Source: Utricularia gibba
Lineage: Eukaryota > Plantae > Magnoliophyta
Reading direction: 5' to 3'
Assembly (NCBI GenBank): GCA_002189035.1
Contig: NEEC01000011.1
Span: 3,038,001-3,102,000, forward strand
DNA length: 64,000 nucleotides
The position numbers and the translations under genes are program-made. The notes beneath the pieces are model-generated. The model saw only the letters and a list, made by a program, of their open reading frames with translations. It ran no database searches and had not been told where the DNA came from. Shown piece after piece: positions 45,101 through 60,162 of this stretch (positions are counted from its first letter, which is position 1; the number at the start of each line of letters is the position of its first letter).

Positions 45101-46096
45101 TTGGAAGGGGAAGGCTTTTGTTGCAGCACTACATTTGAAAAAAAGGGTTCACATTCTTTATTTGCAGGCATTTGAGTACGGCCTCTATCCTGGACTGGCT
45201 CTGAGTGCTTTAGAACAGTAAGATTTTCATGGCTTTCGCAGTCTGGAAGAATCTAAACATTTTTTCTCCTTGTTGAAGGCTAACCAGTTTCTGCTGCCAT
45301 CATTAGTTACATACTGAAGGCAAAATCCCCATGGACTCTACGGCACGGGAAGCCTGACCACGAAGCAACTAAGGCAAGAGCTTGCTTTTCTCATTTTCAT
45401 GTCAGCGTGCTACTGTTTGATACTACTGAATTAGTGAAAGGCAGGCGTCTCCCATGCGCTGCTGATTAATCTAGAGGCTTTTCAGGCTGCCAAATCTTCC
45501 AAGCGAATCGAGTACCCGAAGCCAGATGGCGTTCTATCGTTCGACATTGCGACGTCTTTGTACAGGTTCCATTTTCGCCATACCCAGATGCTGATCTTCT
45601 GCTATACCAATGTATTGATCTGTTCTCAGCGACATGTTTTTTATCTGCACCATCTGCTTCAGGAGCAATACGAATCATGATCATGAGCAGCCGCCCATCT
45701 TCGTCTCAAGGACCCGAAAACGCCTGAACTTGTTAATCTGTCTGTGTATGCTGGACCGGAATCAAGATACTGCCCAGCTCGAGTCTACGAGTAAGTTTCC
45801 CCGTTATAAAAAGATATCGGGGCGTGGTTTTTTCTTCACTGTGTGAAACCCACAGGTACGTAGAGGATGAAAACGGCTCCAAGAGGCTGCACATCAACGC
45901 CCAAAACTGCCTGCACTGCAAGGTACCCACAGCCCCTGGTGCTTAAAAAACGACGAAAACTAACGCTACGAATATGAATCTGCCTGGAGTGATTAGTTTG
46001 ATGCGTATCACAGGCTTGTGATATCAAGGACCCCAGACAGAACATTAAGTGGAGCGTCCCTGAGGGCGGGGTGGACCTGGATATACCCTCATGTAG
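42185..46096 (+). CDS. ETFQO: Mitochondrial electron-transfer flavoprotein:ubiquinone oxidoreductase, multi-exon; apparent 1-nt deletions at 45694-45696 and 46068-46071
   Basis: [85 protein letters not shown] and WSVPEGG(G)GPGYTLM*. Confidence 0.96.
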
Positions 46097-46707
46097 AGAT
46101 GATGCTGCATGGAGCCAGCGTACATAAGCAGCTCTGCCATCAAAATCAATGGAGCAAGGAGACAGAAACGGGCGAATGAGCCCGACCCGACCCGGGAGAA
46201 CTCAGGACTAGGGGAGGAGGAGGCTCAGTGAAAGATGAGGACGTCTCGTTGTAAGACCGAAGATTCAACCTGGAGGGGGTTGATGTGCTGTGCTGTGCCT
46301 ATTTAGAGTAAGCATGTGGGATGCTGTGGAAAAACAAGAGCAGTCTTATTCGTTGCATTTGTGCACAGCATTAGGCCGTGGTCCTGCCTCAGGACCAGAC
46401 CAAGTGCCACTGTTACGCAACACGCCAATACGCGAGAGCAGAAGGAACTGCTGCAACTAACATAAAAACAGATTCGTAAACAATATTATGCCCCCCAAAC
46501 AAATAGCCACAGAATGTTAATCAACAATATAATAGAGCTACGAATTACCTACCGAAAAAAAAAAAACAGCAGTACCTTGCAGTGTTTTTACCTAAGCAGG
46601 CTTAGCCGAAGTCACTGATGCATCAGGGAAGGGGAATCACCAAGGAGAGGAGTAAACAACAGCCCTACCGCAGTCCGATGTACAGGATCACTCGTCTTCA
46701 TGTCTGT

Positions 46708-48539
<1,832 letters not shown>

Positions 48540-50722
48540 TACTCAAAATCTCAAGAAACCTCAACGTTTCCAAGCACTTGATGACTTCAATTCTACTTCC
48601 AAACCAACTTACGAAAAAACGCCAAAACGAAACACTGCCAAGAAAGGAAAAATCTCACAGATGGCAAAGGTACTAAAACAACCAAAGATGCAAAATATAA
48701 CGAGCCGAAATTTTCATTTCTACTAGATTATAAGGTATGAATAAGGTCATAATACAGCAAGCCGCGACCTCCAGGAAAACACTTAGAAATTAATGAAATC
48801 CAAACCAAGCCGAACCAACCACGCCACAAAAAGATAAATAAAGAAATCCAGAGAAAAAAAAAACACCAAACTAAACGAAGATCCGATTATTCAGTGAGTC
48901 TCAAATAAACCAAGACGCAGAATCCATCAAACATCAGAATCCGAGAAAGAGGATAAAATGGTAGTGCACGAAACTTGGGGAGTAAATGACGTTTCATTTC
49001 AGCCAACCGACAGCGTCTCGGATTTCAGATCTCCGAAGAGAGTCCTCTGACAACGGATCAGTCAATAACCATGCTAAACAGAAAAAATTATACATAAACA
49101 AACAAATTGAAAGAAAAACGAACGAAAACACACCATAGAATCCACCAAATTTGCGTTGGAAAAACCGACGGAACAAAGAACGAACACTTACAGAGCATCA
49201 AGTTGACGAACGAATTGAAATTGCGGATCGGTTTTCAGATCTCGGCGTCCGACTCACAATCACTGACTCCACATGGCGGTCGGTGAGCGCAGGCGAGGAA
49301 ACGAAAAGAGAAGCGAACCACTGGAGCGGATGCAGCAAGAAGCACACAGAGGGAGTGATGGAGATTTGATTTGATGTCTACGCAGAGCAATTACAACATA
49401 GAGACGAAAGCAATGAAACCAGGGCGCGTACCCATTCTCCTCGCTCGCCAACTGTCACACGGCGTCCGATAATTATATTCTTCCTATTAATAATTATTAC
49501 ACCAGAAGCCCTTTTCCCGTCTTATTATTATTTGTACTTCACTTTTCCTTTTTTTCCACATTTTTTTAATTTTAAAAAACCAAAAAAAGAAGTCAACCAC
49601 GTGTACACCAACACAGTAGGAGACTCACGAAGCACAACCAATAGAAATACAAGCGCGCTGTTACACATGCCGACTCCGTTGACCGCCGCAGCTACCGACC
49701 GGAGTTGCCTACAGCCGCCGCAAACGTGAAGAAGGAGGATTTCGCCGCCCCGCCCTAGCCATATTCCGTGAGACGCAGAGCCCTCGCGCTCGTCGAACTG
49801 CAGAAAGGGGAAATCACGTAACGGATCAGAAGACGCCGGAATGTTGTGCGGATTCTCTGCAAATCAAATTTCTCATCAAGCGATATATGGGTGAACAGAG
49901 GAATAAAGACCCGGCGCCTTGTTTTTTCGTGGCGTGCAGTTGGTCTGGAGGTAAGTGGGCATAATCAAAAGAGGCAGCTGTGTGGAAGGGAGCAAATAAG
50001 CTGTATTGTGCCGGTGGATTGGAACAAGATTCTGGTTCCTTTTAGGATCATTTGGTTCCTATGGAGAAATGGACTACGATTGCACGATGTGGGGCGGGAA
50101 GCACACGCCAGGGATGTGGAGAGGGAGGATGCAAGTGGAAGCTACTTGGGAAAGTTAGCCATCATTACAAAAAGAGGAGATACAATGGTCTAGAAATGTG
50201 CTGCTACTAAAAAAACAATATTTCTACTGGAAGTCCTTGTGAGGCACAACACAGGCATGAATGTAACAGTTTCCAGCACAAATGTGAAAACCAAAACGAA
50301 ACAAAAACTGTTAACCCAACCCAAGATCTCAGCATCAATGATCAGAAGTAACTCCTAAATTTCGCTTGTGCTAACAACTAGGTGCTATGCTATATCATAC
50401 ACAGATCAGTTCTAGATGTTTCTGATCTAAACATTTTCCTAATACAGTTCAGATATGTCCCCTAAAAGGATTTTTAAAAGCAAGTGAGGACTATTTTTAA
50501 AGGGTGGTTTCACACCCCTGCCTTAAAGATCCTAGGAGTAGCAGATAACATCACCAAATTCAACTAGAGGACCTTGCTTATTCTTATTTTTCTATTGATC
50601 GCATAAAGTTGGTTGATATTATCACGTGCCCAGACTCCACCACCCCTCCAAAAGCATATACACGTATATGAGAAAATAAGACAAAAAAAAAAGCAGAATA
50701 TACCTGGATCATACTCCATGGG

Positions 50723-53700
50723 TCAGCTCCCTGCACCCTGGCCCGGTTGATTACTTGAAGGTTGCTGTATTTTGGATAAGAGATTAGCAGCAAACAGCAG
50801 TGTTGACTTGTAACGTTCATTTTTCTCTGCTTCAGATTCAGCACTCTCCTGCGCCCCAAGTGCAGAAGTCTGATTCGACTGACTTTGACTTGCCACATTA
50901 TCATAGTGCAGGGGTTATACGGCTGTGGCGGTGGAATGCCTCCAGTCGCATGAGCTTGACTTGAAAATCCCGTAGGATATGCCGGCTGTTGGACATAGGA
51001 TGCGCTATACAATCTTTGAACGTCCGTTCTATCATCTTGTGCTGCTGGAAGAGACCCAACTTGTAATGGATTCACAGTTGGCTGCGAAAAAGATGATGGA
51101 GCGCTATGCATCGGTGCAGTCGAGCGTTCATCAATTTGATTATATGAGTTGATAGCAGCATTCGAGCCAGGAGCCTGAGCAGTCTGCAGATGATGGAACT
51201 GCGAGCTGAACTGCCCAAGCTGTTGCACCAGTTGTCCATTACTAGGCTCAATACCAGAGGCAGCATTTGATGTTGCAGCAGGCACTGAAGTATTAGGACG
51301 CAAATCGGACGTGTTTGGAACTGGCAGCAAGGAAGTTAAGGTGGCAATGAGCTCAGGCGTAAGTGACACCCCAGCTTGGGATCCTGCTGCAGTTACGGAG
51401 ACTGGCTGTGCAGGAAACAAGCCAGAGACGGGAAGAGGAGGTCTTGGAGGTACTGACTCCTCGACAGGAGCCTTACTAGAGTTGAAGGATAAAGGCCTTT
51501 CTTCAGAAGGAAAATTGCCATAACTCCTTTGCACCTTGATCATGTTACGTGGATCAGGTTGCAAAACATGGACAGAGGGTGGGTTTTTGGGCAGACTCTC
51601 GGGCGCCGCCGGAGGAAACTTTAAAACAACCCCATACAGGCGTTCAGGCCCAGAAACCTTGAGGACCTTAGACAGAAAATTAGATGGGGGTACCAAGAAA
51701 AGTGTGGTGCCATCATCAAATTTAGCAACTCCAGCCCTATCATTTGAACCAAGATACCTCAGGAACTCTGTGTATGAGGCAAAATCTTCCTCACTGTCAG
51801 GCAGGAAGAAAACAACATCAAATCCTATTGCATCCTCATAGTGCTTGGTGAGTAGATCCAACCCAGTCCGCGCAGAGCAATTAACAACCTTTGGACTGCA
51901 ATGCAAAAAGTTCATATGTCATAGAAGCAAACACTATAAAATACAGAGTTTTTAAAGTTGATTTTTTTATGGAGACCGATGTCCATTTTCCTTAAAATAT
52001 AATTATGTAGTTTTTCAGGGGGCTTGAGGAACAAGTATAGAAATAATAAAAAAAAAACAATGTTTCCACATCAATATCTATTGTATGAAGGAAGAAAAGG
52101 TGAGAAATTACACATCCATGTGATGAGCTCAAACTATAAATTACTAAACATCTTCTTAGGATAATACTTGAAAGAGTGACATAAGAAAAGGGCATGTCAG
52201 AAAAAAAACAGTAAAGAAAGTAGAGGACAGCAGAAGCAACACTTACATTTCAGATTCCAGCCCTTGTCCAATAGAAACACATCTAGCATGGCAAACAGTT
52301 GTCCCACCCTTTGCAATCAGGCCACGCCATATACAATCGCCATCAGAATGGCGCTTTCGAGGTGCAGTCATAGAACTTATAGCTTCAGCACTACTTAGTG
52401 GGTATGAACCATATTCCCTGTCCATACCAACATACCTCTCTACATCTCCAGGCGAAGCAGCTTCAACCCTAGCTCTTTTGGGATCCCGGCTGAGCAGGTT
52501 AGCCTCATACACATCCAGCGAACCAGATCCAGGTCTTTTGGGCAGATTAAAACCTGGTTTTGTGGAGCCAGCTATCCCATTAGTGGGAGATGCTCTCCAA
52601 TTTGGTTCCCCCATTAGCATCTGAGGGCCACTGTTTTGCAATTTATGAGCAGCTGCTAAATCTAAAAATTCCTGACCATGAAGAGGAGGTTTAAAAGTTC
52701 CATGAGACATCAAGGATGGATGAGCATACAGCTCAGGTTCATGGATCCCAATGGGTAAAAGACCAGGGCTGTTTCCCTGAGGAATAATATGACCTAGTTG
52801 AAGTGGATATTCACTAACCAGACCCCTTGCTAAAGGCAACTCAGCAGCAAAAAACTCAATTGAAATCCGAGGGTCATTAAAGAGCTTCCCTTGCAAGCCT
52901 TCTTTGGCACGTCTGGCTTCTTCAGCACTTCTGAATTCAACAAGTGCACAATGTCTGTCACTAAGTATTCTTATATTCTCAATTTCCCCAAACCAAATCA
53001 TCGCATAGTGAAGCATGTCTTCCTCAAGGATAACAGATGGAGGATGCTGGATCAACAACACATTACTAACAGATAAATATCCTTGTTGCGGTCCAACAGG
53101 CATTAAGGGCAGCTGAGAAAAAGAAATAGTAAGAAAACATGACGTTTTTGAAGAAAATCATAGTGAATTAGCAATTCTATACACGATTCAAAATCCGAAC
53201 TTTTTCTGGAAAATAGTAAATATTAAAGATACACTATGGGCACAGTTGAGACAAATTTTTCTAGTTGAACTCAGAAAGATTAAAATCAGGCGTTTCCCAA
53301 TAAAAATTGACTCAAAAGAATCAAAAGCTCATTTATTTACTTCAATGACAGGCATGATCCAACAAAGACCGAAATAGTGGGGTAAGAAATGACATCCAAA
53401 ACAAAAAGAAAAAAATTAGAACTCACTATTCACCAAGTGCCATTATTTAAAACCAACCTTATAAATCACATCATGCCCAAATAGCACATGTTGTTTATGA
53501 TTTAACTATTGCTTCACAACGAATTAACTTACCCTTTTAGCAGATTGAGATCTAAGATAATCAACACGAAACTGTGAGTTTCCAATGCTTTTTCCATTCA
53601 AATTTTTGAGTGCCTCTATAGCATCTTCCAGTTGAACATAATCAACAAAAGCAGTGGTGCCATCTTTGAGTAGCCTAAATTCCTGAATTTTTCCATATTT

Positions 53701-55350
53701 TAGGAACATTTTTTCCAACTCATCTCTTGGCTCTGAAGGGCTGATACCAGTGACCCATAGGCTTTTACATGGTTTAGTCTGCAAATAAGACTCAAAATTT
53801 CAGACAGTGAACATTGAGTTAAAAAGCGAGTATTACAAAAATTTTCTAAGTCCTCATTAAAAACACTTTCACGTCTTTGGGACATTCAAAATGGAATGGC
53901 GCACTTAAGATAGAAGGTAAAGTTAGTTCAGGCCTCAACGAGAGTTGAATCAACAGTGCACGAATAATAAAAAAATAGTCATATAATTTTGCACATGCAC
54001 AAGTGGTTCAGCAACTACAGAAGTTACAAATAATACTTGACAATCTGAATGTCAAGAATAAAAAACTGCCACAAAGTTGTAAATCACCAGTGTATGATTT
54101 AAGAATCAAATTCAGTTTCAAAGTTTCCATATGCCTATGAATCTAAAGAAGAAATGATGAAAATCATTCATGCAACACTGAATTGAAACCTCAAAGTCAT
54201 AAACAAGGATGGTGCTTAGAGAGAAGACACCAAGAGAACTTTTCACTCAAAAATCCATGTCCTCATAATGACAACTACATCAACTGAGAATTATAGTTGA
54301 AGCGCCACCACCCTTTCCATGGTATGAGTAACTCTCAAGATCTTACTTACTTCCATTTTGATTTTACATTCACACACAAAAAAAGAAATGTATGTAAACT
54401 TTGGGCTTCGCAAGCATCATGAGAACCACTACCCCTTTTCGCACAGATTGCCTATCTTTACAACTGTTGAAGGAGAGAGAGAAGAGATTGTCAAGGTTTT
54501 GTTCTGTTTAACAAGTACCACCATCCAAGGTTTATGCGGCATAAAAAACTGAAATCCATGAATTCATGGAATGCTATTGCAGCACGCCGGTTCTTTCAGC
54601 AGCGTGAGGCAGGTGCTGGCATTCTGGATATAAGTAATACACATCGGGGATGTAACCTACTGCTCTGTATTGCCACGAAATATAAACTTGAACTCGCGCA
54701 TAACTAGGGTAAAAGCAGTCGCTGAGACCCTTGGCCTCATATGCTCTACACAAGTGTCTATATGCTGATCCAAGAAAGACAAGCCACGAAACTGATATCT
54801 CAAGACGCACGAAAATAATTAACAAGATCGCTTAAATGGATTCTGGCACTTCACTTTGGAATTTTTGTTTCGATTTACGCTCGAGATCTACGTAGATCGA
54901 ATCTAGAAACTTTCTACCCAATCAAAACACCTTTGGAAAAAATAAAAACTTTGGATGAAAAGACCATGGAAAATCTAGTTTCACATCACAAGGGCAAAAG
55001 CAACTTCTCATGTTAGCCAAATTCAGCAAGAACAAGAGCGTCGAAAGCAAGAAAAAGACAATATGCAAAGGAAAAAAGGAAGTGTCATAAACCGGTCTCG
55101 CAAATTCGATTTTCAGGTGTTTCCCACGGAGGGCGTATCCCTGGAGCCCCTCTTTCGCAGATTTCGCATCCTCAACTTTGCTGAAGTACACGAATGCGTA
55201 GTTCCGAGACGCATGTGCAGTGACGCTTTCGACCTCGCCGTACTTCTCCAACAGCGCCTTCAATTCGGCCTCACTCACATCCGGCGACAGATTCCCAATC
55301 CATAAGTTTACAGAGGGCGGATTTCCACCGACGATACCCTCCGCCGCCAT
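50723..55350 (-). CDS. FPA: FPA-like RRM(x3)-SPOC RNA 3'-end processing / flowering-time protein; apparent 1-nt deletion at 50911-50914
   Basis: RRM1 [11 protein letters not shown]...RNYAFVYF; RRM2 KSLWVTGIS; RRM3 [21 protein letters not shown]; [17 protein letters not shown]...[22 protein letters not shown]...TLFLVPPS; C-terminal [21 protein letters not shown]. Confidence 0.94.
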
Positions 55351-55964
55351 AGAAGATAATCCTATCCACAATCAACACGAATTGGATGAAGAACGATCCT
55401 TCACAGAACGCGAATTAGGGCGAAAGTCTTCGCATACCCGCACATATAAATACATCTAATTTCCTTGTGAAAACGGGTCGGGTTTCACTCACAAATTAGG
55501 GCGATAGAATCCGCATGGCAGTATATAATATATTTATGTGGTTGGGTATTATTAAAATAATATTTAATTAAAATCAAATATTTCCCTGAATGTATGACAT
55601 AAGATTCCTGTATTTTATACATAAATTATATTAATTAATAAAGATTTATTTTATTCTAAATTTAAATTATTTCAAAATATTTTTTATAAATATTTTTTCC
55701 AATTTCAATAATGTTGTTTATCAATTGGAAAGATTTTATACATTATACCGAAACTGTTTATTGTGAACAATATTGTACAATATATTAAAAAGTTGTTGGA
55801 ATAAACATACTAAACATAAATTATAAAAAATACTGTATAAAAATTCAAATTAATTAAATCATTATTTTATATTATTATTGAAAATAAAATATAAAAAGAT
55901 TGATACTGACTCGTAGGTATTCGAATTTTGAACTTAGTGGAATCTGAGAGAAGCTCCCCCTTCA

Positions 55965-56561
55965 ATGGCGACGAACATCAAGGGTTTCTACCGACAAGCC
56001 AAGAAGCCGAGAATCTCGAAGACGAAACCAACGACACCTAAACCAAAGAACGCTGTCTCATGTGGATCCAACATTGCCCAGCCTCCTGCTCTCACCGCGC
56101 ATGGTTCTCTCGATCTTCAAGGTAAATCTGTTCCTTCTTGAATTTCTTGCTACTGTTTTTGTTTTTGGATCGAAAATTTTCGTTTCCGGTTGAGGAAACC
56201 GGATTGAAAATCTTCAATCGCGTGGTTCTCTTCTACCGGATTTTCGTACTTGTGAAACTCTGGTGCGTGTCTCTGAGAGAGTGCTAATATATCATACAAG
56301 GAGACCAAACCACATTGATGAACTTGATTTTCTCGAAATGGACTAACGCTTGACTACCTTATAGCAGATGAATGGGATGATAATGAGGAGGTTCTGAGAC
56401 AATTTGACATGAACATGGCATATGGACCGTGCATAGGAATGAGCAGGCTAGCTCGCTGGGAGCGGGCATGCGCATTCGGCTTACACCCTCCGGAGGAAAT
56501 AAAAGTTCTTCTCCTCTCCATGAAAGCTGATCCGAATTGCATATGGGAAGATCGAGTTTAG
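55965..56561 (+). CDS. POLD4: DNA polymerase delta subunit 4 (p12), 2 exons (55965-56121, 56368-56561); not in the supplied ORF track
   Basis: MATNIKGFYRQAKK...HGSLDLQ | DEWDDNEEVLRQFDMNMAYGPCIGMSRLARWERA...LHPPEEI...CIWEDRV*. The LRxFD...YGPC.G..RL.RWERA motif is diagnostic; GT-AG intron. Confidence 0.92.
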
Positions 56562-56908
56562 CTGGTACGAACATCTTGTTCACTTGCATTTCCTCAATCT
56601 GGACTGTCTAGTTTGATGGTTGCTTATGGCTAGAGTTCGCAGTCGTCGATATCTATCAAATGTATGGCATCTTTTTGCTGCCAATGTTATAACTAGTGAC
56701 ATGTCAGTACTAAAGACTTGAGCATTAGAACAATATGTCTCCTTTGAGAAGAAATCAAGTGTTATTGTTACATAAATCTGTTTCTTTCTATGGGGACTAT
56801 GAGTTCTCTGTAATGTGGTGGTGGATCGTAGTTGCAAAATCTTCTTGAGTTCCTATACATGGTTGGTGCGTCTCTGTACATAGAAGAACCTGTAGAGGCC
56901 CCAGCAGA

Positions 56909-59057
56909 TCAATGTTTCACCAACATGGCATCTGATCGTCTCTTCCTGGCAGCATGCTTTAGTTTCTCCATAGCAACGAGCCCAACTTGCCTGACTCTTT
57001 CCCTTGAAAGACCCATCCTGAACACATGACAGCGAGGCCAATATGAAATGGTCGACTCCCCAGAATGTTTAGGGTGTGAGTTGCTTACCGTCTACTGATA
57101 TCTTCCCATGTGAGGCATTCATGGTCGATGCCATAGTATAGTCGGATGATGTCTCTCTCCCGCTCTCTGAGTGCGGATGTGATGAGCCTATCCACTTCAT
57201 CCTGAAAAAAAATGGAGCAGAAACATGAACAGAAGGATAGCTTCACCAGACCGTGGATGGGCTTGCGCTTCTTGTAGTATGGTCAAGTACCTTAAGTGCC
57301 CATGTATCGAATCCGTGCCAAGGATTGCTGTGCATTTGAGTATCTGCAACGTACTAGCAAAATTAAGGGGAAAAAGGATTAGAATGTCTCTGATCATGAA
57401 AGAGTTATTCAAGTAGTGGTACTATGAGTGCCGAAATCATTCATTCACCCACACTGTGATGAGTTTCTCCTCGTAGGCCGTTCAGTGAGGGGAATGCTTC
57501 CCGGTCGAGAGAGAAAACTTTGTTGATCGCCTGAAAGCGCGGGAGTAAAAGATCATGTATGCAGTCCAAAGAAAGATATGTGCAATTTTAATACAACTCC
57601 CACATGAATCTGAAGATCTTATTGGTACCTCTGTTGCGTTCCTGACCTTCTTCTCTGTCATGTTCAGGCATTCTGCGATTTTCTGATGCATCAAATGGAT
57701 CATTAAGAGTTAGATTTACAAAGGCCTGCATATCAAGAACAGATAGACAACGAACCGGAATGGTTGGAGCTATTCCTTTCTCTGCCAGTCTAGCCTTTGC
57801 ATTTCGAATCAAACTTAGTCTCTCGTGCAGATGAGTTGGTAACCGTAAGGTTTTAGAGTTCTTCCTCAAGGATCTTGAAACCCCCTGCAGGTCAATTACC
57901 ATTAACAGGTAAAAGAAGAGAGCCTCGTGATCAAGCCTATGCATTTGGTGATCTGATCTCTCACCTGACGAATCCACCAATAAACGTAAGTTGATATCTT
58001 GAATCCCTTCGAGGAATCAAATTTCTCAATTCCACGGAGCAACCCAATCAAACCACCCTGCAGAATTGTTAAAAAAAATTGAATCTCTCATTGTTTTCGG
58101 AACTCGAATTGGAACAGGAGGATGAGATGGTTACCTGGATGAGATCTGCCATCTCGACGCCCATATGATCATATTTCTGTGCAATAGACATTACTAAACG
58201 AACGTTGCTCCTGGTGAGCTTCTCTCTGGCCAGTGTGCTCTCAGTCAGTTTCTCGCGTAAATCAACTCTGCTGATTCTCAATGAATGAGCTAGCTGTTCC
58301 TCTGATGGTTCACAACCCAATCTCTCCTTCAGTCTGAAAATTCACATCATAGAATAAGCGAAAGCCCCAAAGGTCTTCAGGTTCGAAGCAAAGATTGTGA
58401 TCCGTTTTCCGTACCTAGACCTGTGTTTTTCAAGCATAATCCCTGTCTTTATATACTGAGAAAGATGAATGACTTGCGAATGAGTAAGCAGCTCTTCAGT
58501 CACAGCCCCCTTCATGTATCCTTTAGCACGATTGTAAAGCAACCCGGGTTTATACCCGATCTTCCCTGTTTTCTTACCTTCACTTGTGAACTCGTAATGT
58601 TCAGTTTCCGTTTCGTCGAATCCAATCTCCGCCTTCGCGCCGATGTTCCAGAGCCTATGATTGCATTTTTGAACTGCTCCGCCTCATTATCGGTGGTCTT
58701 CAATATTGTATCAGAAGAAAGATTCCACTGCTTCTCGAGCATCGACTTCTGCAAAAGAAGAATAGAATCTACTGAACACTCCGGTTCCGATTCAACGGTA
58801 AATTGATCCATCCACGATTCCGATGTACACGTCTTCGTCCGATTAGCGTCCGCATGTTCCCGCACAGCTGTAACCGTCGGTACTCGTCGTCTCCGCCGTC
58901 GATTCGCCCCTATGTCCGACGATTTGGAGCAGACAAACTGGAAAGCCGGCGGATCAATCGAGGAAGCAAGTTTATCCACTGAATCGGAGTAGAAAAAGGC
59001 GGAACCAAAGAACAGGCGCTTGGCTGTACTCAGCCCGAGTACAGCGGTGGCAGCCAT
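56909..59057 (-). CDS. SIG1: Plastid RNA polymerase sigma factor 1 (SigA); apparent 1-nt deletion at 58543-58545
   Basis: MAATAVLGLSTAKRL..., LLLQKSMLEKQWNL, AREKLTRSNVRLVMSIA, GLLRGIEKFDSSKGFKISTYVYWWIRQ, RLPTHLHERL, GLSRERVRQVGLVAMEKLK. Confidence 0.95.
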
Positions 59058-59280
59058 CCTCACGAGCTCGGAAACCACACGCGAAATGCCGCGAATTCGA
59101 TGCGCGAAGAAGAGTGCGGAATCATTGATCAAGTGTGGAGAAGAGCTCCGAGTGTCCCTCGTGGCGCGTGGATTATCCATAGCCATTGGACGGTGTAGAT
59201 AACGTGCTGGGTCCCAGACCTTCTAAGTCCACATGATGTGCCACCTCCGCACAAAGAAAATCAATATTCATAAAAGCACT

Positions 59281-59305
59281 TGGGCTTCAAACTCGTAAAT
59301 GGGCC
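59281..59305. promoter_or_regulatory. Two site II (TGGGCY) motifs upstream of SIG1
   Basis: TGGGCT at 59281-59286 and TGGGCC at 59300-59305. Confidence 0.35.
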
Positions 59306-60162
59306 AACAGAAATTGCACAAACACAATCCAGTTCTTCTTCTTTTTTTTTTTTAATAATGCCTTATCAAAAAGAAATATTTGTGTCAATAATCCTATCAA
59401 ATGACATAATTGATCTCAAAATGTCATAGACTTGAATTTTGAGCCCACCCTATGTAACGCGGTACTTAAGTAATGTTCTGTAAAATTTTTTAAATCTGTT
59501 TTTATTTTTTAAAAATAAAAATAAAAATAAAAAGTAACAAACTCCTTATTTTTTAAAAAATATTTTTGTAGATATAGTTTTAAAAGTATTTTTGATAGAA
59601 TTATTTTTACAATTAAAAATATTCTAGAAAGAAATTATTTTTACTTTTGAAAAATAAAAATATATTTTAAAAATTTTCCAAACACTACTTTAATAATGAT
59701 ATTCTAAATTGATTAAGAATAGGGAAAAATATAATTAAATTGATACACTCAATTAATATTGTACATAATCTTTTAGTTTAAGAGAGAGAATGTAAAGTTA
59801 TAAAGATTATATATCCAAAACAGAAAATGTAGGGTCGGTCAATCAAATCTCATATATTGAGATGATGTAATTGATCGATTTTAAAATATTCGTATTAAAT
59901 TATTATTATTATTCGAGTGGACAAAAAGGTGACATGTCTCCGAAAACAACGCAAATGACGCGAAGAGGGAGAGGGCGGCGTAAGGTTTCTATCGTATTAA
60001 TACCATGCATCCACCAACAAACAACTAATTACTAACTCGGGCGGGCCGGGCCGGGCCGGGCCCCGTATCAATCCCAGTTGCGTGACCAAAATCTCTTGCA
60101 ACGTCTCCTGCTACAAATAGCATCCACCTCCACTCTACCGCACGCTGAGAGCTTCGCGAGTC

